IMG/VR virus record: IMGVR_UViG_3300038556_000050 | Span: 1 to 40,869 of that record | Length of the DNA stretch: 40,869 nucleotides | Origin: a virus | Lineage: Duplodnaviria; Caudoviricetes | Strand: one strand, 5' to 3' | Shown: positions 35,874 to 40,869 of the stretch, in pieces | Position numbering within the stretch: position 1 is the stretch's first letter | Layout of the letters: each line of letters begins with the position of its first letter | The notes under the pieces: model-generated | What the model was told of the DNA's origin: nothing | Seen by the model: only the letters and a program-made list of their open reading frames with translations | Databases searched by the model: none | Translations under genes and position numbers: made by a program

Positions 35874-36143
35874 TTACCTCTTCTTCAACACTTCGACTTC
35901 CCATGCGTGATTGGTGTGAAGGAAAGGCTCATCACAATCAACCATCCGCGCGTGAACCCGGAAGCGCGTTCCCTCCTCGTGCGCCTCCCTCAACTTCTTC
36001 GGGAACCGAACTCGCATCACCTTAGGGAACGTGCTGTCAGGGACATTCCGCACGTGAATGCCGGCATGAACTCCGTTGCCCTTCTCGAAATACGTCTCGA
36101 CAACGATGATCTCGTAACCTGGTCTCGGTTTCAGCATCCTCAT
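35874..36143 (-). CDS. Hypothetical protein
   Basis: GAGG RBS before ATG 36143/36137; IIVVETY...IHVR beta-rich. Confidence 0.55.
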   Translation of the reverse strand: MRMLKPRPGYEIIVVETYFEKGNGVHAGIHVRNVPDSTFPKVMRVRFPKKLREAHEEGTRFRVHARMVDCDEPFLHTNHAWEVEVLKKR

Positions 36144-36371
36144 CCTCGTGCGGCTTGCGGTATACGATTTATCGCTACAAGATTCACGCACAAGAAGAAA
36201 TCTCAAAACTTTTCCCGTCAGTGCGATTCCACCCACGGAGCAGCGACTATTAGGCACGCTGGCGCGGAGAGTGGGCTCGAAAATCCGCGTTGAGAGCTTT
36301 TGACTCGCAAGGTGCTGACGAACTGCCCTCCCCGAGGGCCTTCCCTTCAACTCTGAAAAACGGAGTCGCCG

Positions 36372-36560
36372 ATGGCGCTCGACGACGTAAGGCCCTGCCC
36401 GTGCGGCAGCGGTCTCTCTTCACGCTGGGCAAATGATGCCCGTGGAATCCCTCTCTGCCGGACTTGTCCGAAATGCGAGGAGGAGAAGCTGGCACGGTAT
36501 CGGCCCGAGGTTCTCACCGATTCCAACTATGCGGCCGATGAGGACATCGACCCATGTTGA
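36372..36560 (+). CDS. Small Cys-rich (Zn-binding) protein
   Basis: CPCGSG and CRTCPKC; GGAG RBS. Confidence 0.65.
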   Translation: MALDDVRPCPCGSGLSSRWANDARGIPLCRTCPKCEEEKLARYRPEVLTDSNYAADEDIDPC

Positions 36561-36748
36561 GGAATTGGTACCGCTGCACGGGAGATCATCTCATGCAGTG
36601 GACGACCGAGACACCTCACCCGGTGAACTCGCCCTGCCCGACTTGCGGGCTCTTGTTTTACCCATGGGCGGGCGAGGACATGACGACAGCCAAATTCAAA
36701 TCGGACAACGGCATCGTCGATTCCCCGCAGCTCGATCTCTTCAAGTGA
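36554..36748 (+). CDS. Small Zn-ribbon-like protein
   Basis: CTGDH...CPTCG; overlaps upstream stop. Confidence 0.55.
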   Translation: MLRNWYRCTGDHLMQWTTETPHPVNSPCPTCGLLFYPWAGEDMTTAKFKSDNGIVDSPQLDLFK

Positions 36749-36820
36749 CCTGCAATGCCCCGATGTGCGCCGTGTGCTTTTCACGCGGCTTTCTAAACTC
36801 GCCTCAGAAAGGGAGGGAGA

Positions 36821-37147
36821 ATGCTTAGATCCATCAGCTTCAAAGTCGCATGGGACGGAAACGAGCAGTTTTCGCACTTCATCAACGCCGGCGGGGAAAT
36901 CTCCGTGGTGGATATTGAAACCGACATCGCCAAGGTTTGCGTGATGGCGAACGCGGTCAATGAGGTGACGGACGAACAGCGGGAGGCGGTGCTGAAGGTC
37001 GCTTACTTCGCCACCCGCAACAATCCTTTGGTGTGCATCACGTTTGGTCAAGGGCTTTCCCCATTCCACGGACACACACCTCCAGACCTTATCGCCATTG
37101 GGGCTCGCATCGACTGCGAATCCCCGAACGACTTGGGGGCCGTCTAA
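36821..37147 (+). CDS. Hypothetical protein
   Basis: Strong GGAGG RBS; 108 aa. Confidence 0.6.
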   Translation: MLRSISFKVAWDGNEQFSHFINAGGEISVVDIETDIAKVCVMANAVNEVTDEQREAVLKVAYFATRNNPLVCITFGQGLSPFHGHTPPDLIAIGARIDCESPNDLGAV

Positions 37148-37195
37148 GCGGTACGGGAGCGAAACCCACCCCCAAACCTCAGCCTCCCCGACTTG

Positions 37196-37222
37196 GCCTC
37201 CCCTTCGGGGGAGGTTCTTTTT
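37196..37222 (+). terminator. Intrinsic terminator
   Basis: CCTCCCC-TTCG-GGGGAGG then TTCTTTTT. Confidence 0.8.
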
Positions 37223-37314
37223 GTTCTGATTTGCGGGTCAATCCGGAACGCTGAATTTTTCTTCTGCCTCAGTTGCGACCCAATTCGCGCAGGATCATTC
37301 CCGAGGAGGTCGCC

Positions 37315-37635
37315 ATGAAATACAGCATCTCACTCGCACATGAAGGCTCAGGCATTGCCGACATCACAATACGGCGTGGTGGAACGGTGGATCGAAACAG
37401 GCCCACGATGACACCCTTCACTATTGAGATTGAAGCGCCTGGCTTGGAGGTGGACTACCAACAATTGCTCGCGCTCCACAAGCTCATCAAGGGCTACAAA
37501 GAATACACCCTGTCAGAAGGCGCGGGACGGGTTTTAAGCGGTCCCCTGATGGCGCTGAAGGTCCTAGAGCAGTCCTTTCAGGAAAGTGGTTGGTTGGCGT
37601 CCTTACTGGACAAGAGCGCGCAGAGGTTCAGTTAG
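37315..37635 (+). CDS. Hypothetical protein
   Basis: GAGGAGG RBS before ATG 37315. Confidence 0.65.
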   Translation: MKYSISLAHEGSGIADITIRRGGTVDRNRPTMTPFTIEIEAPGLEVDYQQLLALHKLIKGYKEYTLSEGAGRVLSGPLMALKVLEQSFQESGWLASLLDKSAQRFS

Positions 37636-37836
37636 ATGTTCTACGCTTACGTCGATAAAGCACCCATCACCCGCAGTGTGGTCGTAAAGGGAGAGACTTG
37701 GGCGGAGTTCAGGGAAGCCCTTACAGCCGAACTCGCCAGACCAGACCGGGTGAAGTTTCATACGGTGATGAGGGACAAGCAGGCGCTTGAGATTTCGGGG
37801 AACACCATCGAGGAGCTTCCAGTCGAGGAGCCGTGA
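37636..37836 (+). CDS. Small hypothetical protein (paralogue of next gene)
   Basis: Starts directly after upstream stop. Confidence 0.6.
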   Translation: MFYAYVDKAPITRSVVVKGETWAEFREALTAELARPDRVKFHTVMRDKQALEISGNTIEELPVEEP

Positions 37837-38057
37837 TGTATTACGCCCACATCTGGACGAAGCGAGCGCGGTACGTGATTGTTAAGGGGCGGACGTGGAC
37901 GGCTTTACGGAAAGGCGTTGAAGCCGAGATGAAGAAGAAGCGCGCACTGTATTGGTGCAGCGTGCTTCAAATGAAGCGGGGCGAGCAAATCCTGTACGAC
38001 ATTGGCGAGAGCCGGACGATGAAGAAGTTTCCGTTGAAGGAGCCGCCTACACCTTGA
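37833..38057 (+). CDS. Small basic hypothetical protein
   Basis: GTGA coupling, GAGGAG RBS. Confidence 0.6.
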   Translation: MMYYAHIWTKRARYVIVKGRTWTALRKGVEAEMKKKRALYWCSVLQMKRGEQILYDIGESRTMKKFPLKEPPTP

Positions 38058-38364
38058 ACGCATCAAGCGGCCTGAGTGTTTCCTCCATCTCCGCTTTCAG
38101 CCACGCAGGTTGACCACCCCTCCCCGCCCAGGTCAGCGAGGGGTTTCGCAACGAGCGATACTTCGCCACCGCCTTCACGGGTTTGGCTTTGAGAGGTCTA
38201 TCAGTCAGTGAACCGAGTTCGGCGCGGAGTTCAGCCCGGCGCTTCTCCTTTGCCGTGTTGTGCAAGGCCGTAAACTCATCGAGCAGAAGGTCTTGGCTGA
38301 CTAAATCGAGAGCAGAAAAAATCTCGGTCCATTCCGCATTTATAGAGCTTTGCAGTTTTGCCAT
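38047..38364 (-). CDS. H-NS family nucleoid-associated protein
   Basis: AKYRSLRNPSLTWAGRGGQPAWL matches the H-NS DNA-binding domain signature TW.GRG..P. Confidence 0.85.
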   Translation of the reverse strand: MAKLQSSINAEWTEIFSALDLVSQDLLLDEFTALHNTAKEKRRAELRAELGSLTDRPLKAKPVKAVAKYRSLRNPSLTWAGRGGQPAWLKAEMEETLRPLDAFKV

Positions 38365-38500
38365 GGGGTTCGCTCCATCCAGAAATTTCTGGACAGGCTT
38401 ACGGGCTTTGCGTCAGGTTTGCACCGTGTACTGCAGTGCATAACGGGGCGCTCTTCTTTCGTTGCAGTTGGTCGAGCCCCCGTCTTTCTTACGAATTCCT

Positions 38501-38529
38501 TTGAAGTATACATTCACCTGACTCATGAT
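38501..38529 (+). promoter_or_regulatory. Promoter-like motif upstream of methyltransferase operon
   Basis: TTGAAG-17-CATGAT; 22/25 identical to 29431-29455. Confidence 0.65.
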
Positions 38530-38553
38530 GATGGGGCAACGAAAGAACCCCAT

Positions 38554-38850
38554 ATGAGAACTATTGGTTACGACTACGCGGAATTGGCCCGCATCGCCCC
38601 ACAGATCAACGACCGCATTCTGCGCTTCGACGTTTACCGCAAGCGGCGCCGTATGGATGGCACACGCTACGATGAATGCATCATCAGCTTCGACGAGATC
38701 GAAAACGCCCTCGCCTTTGTCGGTAACACCGACATTTGGTACGGCCAGGACCTGTGCGTGCGGGAAGTTGACGTCCTCTCCGACGACGCGGTGTGCGTCC
38801 TCGCAGCCGAATGGCACGAGGAAGTCCTCGGCGGCCGGTACTTGAACTAA
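38554..38850 (+). CDS. Hypothetical protein
   Basis: ATG 38554 downstream of promoter motif. Confidence 0.55.
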   Translation: MRTIGYDYAELARIAPQINDRILRFDVYRKRRRMDGTRYDECIISFDEIENALAFVGNTDIWYGQDLCVREVDVLSDDAVCVLAAEWHEEVLGGRYLN

Positions 38851-38865
38851 GGGAAAGCGAGGTGC

Positions 38866-39747
38866 TTGAACCTTTACAACGACAATGATCCAGCTGTTTG
38901 CGCTTGGGTCATGGGTCTCGTCGAGGCTGGAAAGATTCCGCCTGGCGACGTCTTATGCAAATCAATAACTGAAATTTCTCCCGATGATTGCCGACGTTAC
39001 ACTCAATGTCACTTCTTCTGCGGAATCGCAGGATGGTCAGTTGCCCTTGCCCTTGCCGAATGGCCCGACGACAAGCCTGTCTGGACCGGCAGCTGCCCTT
39101 GCCAGCCATTTAGTTCGGCCGGATCTGGCAAAGGTGCAGAAGATGAGCGCCATTTGTGGCCCGCTTTCCATTCCCTCATCAGCCAGTGCAAGCCTTCAAC
39201 GGTCTTTGGAGAGCAGGTTGCGAGCCCTAACGGACGGCTATGGCTCACCGCTGTACGGTCTGACTTGGAAGCAGTGGGATATGCCGTTGGGGCTGTCGAT
39301 CTGTGCGCTGCGGGCGTCGGTGCGCCGCACATCAGGCAGCGATTGTACTGGGTGGCCAACGCCAATGACGAACGACAGCCCGTACAGCTACGGACCGGGC
39401 CGGAGGAAGATTCTGAAACTCGGAGGTGTAGCCCAGTTGGCCGGATGGCCGACGCCGCAGGTGTCGGACACGAAACAGGCCTACGGGTCCCAAGAGAATG
39501 CGTTCCGCAGATGGGAGAGGAACCCCTTTCCGAGCTTAGCTGTCTACGCCAAAGCCCTTGGCACGATCCCGAATGGATCTACTGCCGCGACGGAAAGTAC
39601 CGGCCAGTTGAACCCGGAATTAGCCCGTTGGCTGATGGGGTACCCGGCCGGCTGGTCCAGCTATGCGGTTATGGGAACGCGATCAATACGTACCAAGCGG
39701 CGACCTTCATAGCAGCTGCCGCAAACGACAATTATGCTATTTCCTGA
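38866..39747 (+). CDS. C5-cytosine DNA methyltransferase (orphan, phage type)
   Basis: Motif I FFCGIAG, IV GSCPCQPFS, VI EQV, VIII HIRQRLY, X GYGNAI. Confidence 0.92.
   Translation: MNLYNDNDPAVCAWVMGLVEAGKIPPGDVLCKSITEISPDDCRRYTQCHFFCGIAGWSVALALAEWPDDKPVWTGSCPCQPFSSAGSGKGAEDERHLWPAFHSLISQCKPSTVFGEQVASPNGRLWLTAVRSDLEAVGYAVGAVDLCAAGVGAPHIRQRLYWVANANDERQPVQLRTGPEEDSETRRCSPVGRMADAAGVGHETGLRVPRECVPQMGEEPLSELSCLRQSPWHDPEWIYCRDGKYRPVEPGISPLADGVPGRLVQLCGYGNAINTYQAATFIAAAANDNYAIS
38984..39712 (+). CDS. Nested alternative-frame ORF, putative methyltransferase beta subunit
   Basis: Two GWPTP repeats and GQLNPELARWLMGYPAGW (motif IX-like); start uncertain. Confidence 0.55.
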   Translation: MIADVTLNVTSSAESQDGQLPLPLPNGPTTSLSGPAAALASHLVRPDLAKVQKMSAICGPLSIPSSASASLQRSLESRLRALTDGYGSPLYGLTWKQWDMPLGLSICALRASVRRTSGSDCTGWPTPMTNDSPYSYGPGRRKILKLGGVAQLAGWPTPQVSDTKQAYGSQENAFRRWERNPFPSLAVYAKALGTIPNGSTAATESTGQLNPELARWLMGYPAGWSSYAVMGTRSIRTKRRPS

Positions 39748-40189
39748 AAAACGCGAAAATGCTGATCGCTGTTGCAGCCACGGAAAGTGCAAGCGTCACG
39801 CGGGTTTGCCAGAACTCCCACTGTGCCTTCTTCTCCGCGCGGATCTCTGCTCTCAGGGTCTTAACGCCGTCACTTGTGAGAAGCCTGAAGCCGAACATCT
39901 TGGATTCGAACCATGACTTTTCGTCTTCGTAAGGTGGAAGCGGGACAATCAGATTGCGCGCCAACGTCACCAAGTGTTGGGTTGTTAGTTGGTTTATCTC
40001 CTCGTCCCATTCATCAAGGTCGAACTGCTCGCGGGATCGCAAGTCGTCCCTAGCGTCCCTACTACCCTTTGCCTTAAGCAATTTCTCCCATTCTTTCCTG
40101 AAATGCGTGACGGTCGCTGCTCGCTTACGCTGCAGCCTTTGAAGCTTGAACCGGTAAATGGCTTCGTCAAACATCAATTCAGCGGCCAC
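39737..40189 (-). CDS. Helical protein with C-terminal TM
   Basis: 150 aa; TM VTLALSVAATAISIFAFF; overlaps upstream gene. Confidence 0.65.
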   Translation of the reverse strand: MAAELMFDEAIYRFKLQRLQRKRAATVTHFRKEWEKLLKAKGSRDARDDLRSREQFDLDEWDEEINQLTTQHLVTLARNLIVPLPPYEDEKSWFESKMFGFRLLTSDGVKTLRAEIRAEKKAQWEFWQTRVTLALSVAATAISIFAFFRK

Positions 40190-40869
40190 ACTTTGTAACG
40201 AGTTGGGAACAGATTGAACTCTGCCAACACCTTCGAATAGGCGTCGGCAAACCCACCCTTTCGGCTCCCGTACCTATGAGACACAGTATACAGATAGATA
40301 TCAGCGAGCTGGATCATCCGCGAGTGGTGCGATCTGGCGAAATGGACCGAGTCCACGATGCTGCTGATTTTTATGCCCCAATCCCATGGGGTGCCCTTGA
40401 CCCTATAGCGGGCGAAGTCAGCGATCATGTTTTTGAATTCTTGATTGTCCAGGTCGCCAATGAGGATGGTGTGTTCGTTGGTCCCCATCGCAAGCTCGAC
40501 CCGCTCACAGAAGTGCGCAAAGGCTATCTCGGCAATCTTCCGCTTGGCCTTCAATTTCTCGTAGTCGATCGCCACATATACTCGCCTTACCGGCGCATCG
40601 GCTAAGATCTGCGTCAGTCGTTTCAGAACGTCGAGCCTCGCCGGGAAGTCCATTCCTGAGAACGGCCCCTTCTTGAAATGGATCAACCGTGCATGGAAGC
40701 AGCTTTCCGGTGTGAGATCTGCGCTCCCGAAAAGCTCGGTAGCGAGATCGTTGAGATGGCCTTCAACCTCCATGATCTTGTCCATGGGCACACAGATGCC
40801 ACCCACGAAATAGTAGTTCTGGCCCTGCGTTGGCTGGGCCTTCACCTCATCGAAATAGGTAACGAACAT
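40174..40869 (-). CDS. DUF3800-like (RNase H-fold) protein
   Basis: N-terminal YFDE, ILIGD, C-terminal SRMIQLADI. Confidence 0.8.
   Translation of the reverse strand: MFVTYFDEVKAQPTQGQNYYFVGGICVPMDKIMEVEGHLNDLATELFGSADLTPESCFHARLIHFKKGPFSGMDFPARLDVLKRLTQILADAPVRRVYVAIDYEKLKAKRKIAEIAFAHFCERVELAMGTNEHTILIGDLDNQEFKNMIADFARYRVKGTPWDWGIKISSIVDSVHFARSHHSRMIQLADIYLYTVSHRYGSRKGGFADAYSKVLAEFNLFPTRYKVWPLN

Larger units (their letters stand above)
1..40869. mobile_element. Temperate podovirus-like prophage carrying a relaxase/T4CP/ArdC mobilisation module; boundaries not resolved
   Basis: Integrase, lysis, packaging, head/tail and replication modules all present; no host housekeeping genes recognised; att repeats not visible in the window. 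Confidence 0.9.

Noticed and set aside
37213-37226. GTTC-N5-GTTC
   Set aside because: Wrong spacing for LexA; part of a terminator tail
1-40869. CRISPR array, IS transposase, reverse transcriptase/DGR, VirB mating-pore genes, att repeats
   Set aside because: No repeat-spacer array or diagnostic motifs seen; window ends coincide with gene ends, so att sites probably lie outside

Overview
The whole window looks like one ~41 kb temperate podovirus-type prophage of an alphaproteobacterial host. The host call is inferred from a GTTC-N7-GTTC LexA box and GANTC-rich promoters. It runs from a tyrosine integrase/excisionase at base 1, through a plasmid-type mobilisation cassette (HUH relaxase, VirD4-like coupling protein, ArdC), to a lysis cassette (holin, M15 endolysin, spanins). 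A minus-strand virion operon follows (TerS, TerL, P22-like portal, scaffold, capsid, adaptor, tail hub, ejection proteins, fibre-like proteins). The right third holds early/replication genes (SSB-like, RuvC-like, initiator, loader), an H-NS-like gene, a C5 DNA methyltransferase and several morons. Most notable: (1) a virion gene set combined with relaxase + T4CP + ArdC but no mating-pore genes, i.e. a candidate conjugatively mobilisable prophage; (2) four virion-operon proteins with Sec-like signal peptides; (3) terL split from its apparent original start by a 726-bp insert bounded by imperfect direct repeats; (4) a repeated GANTC-containing promoter motif; (5) a nested alternative-frame ORF in the methyltransferase. 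No att sites or cI-like repressor could be identified. All family calls rest on motif recognition by eye, not database searches.
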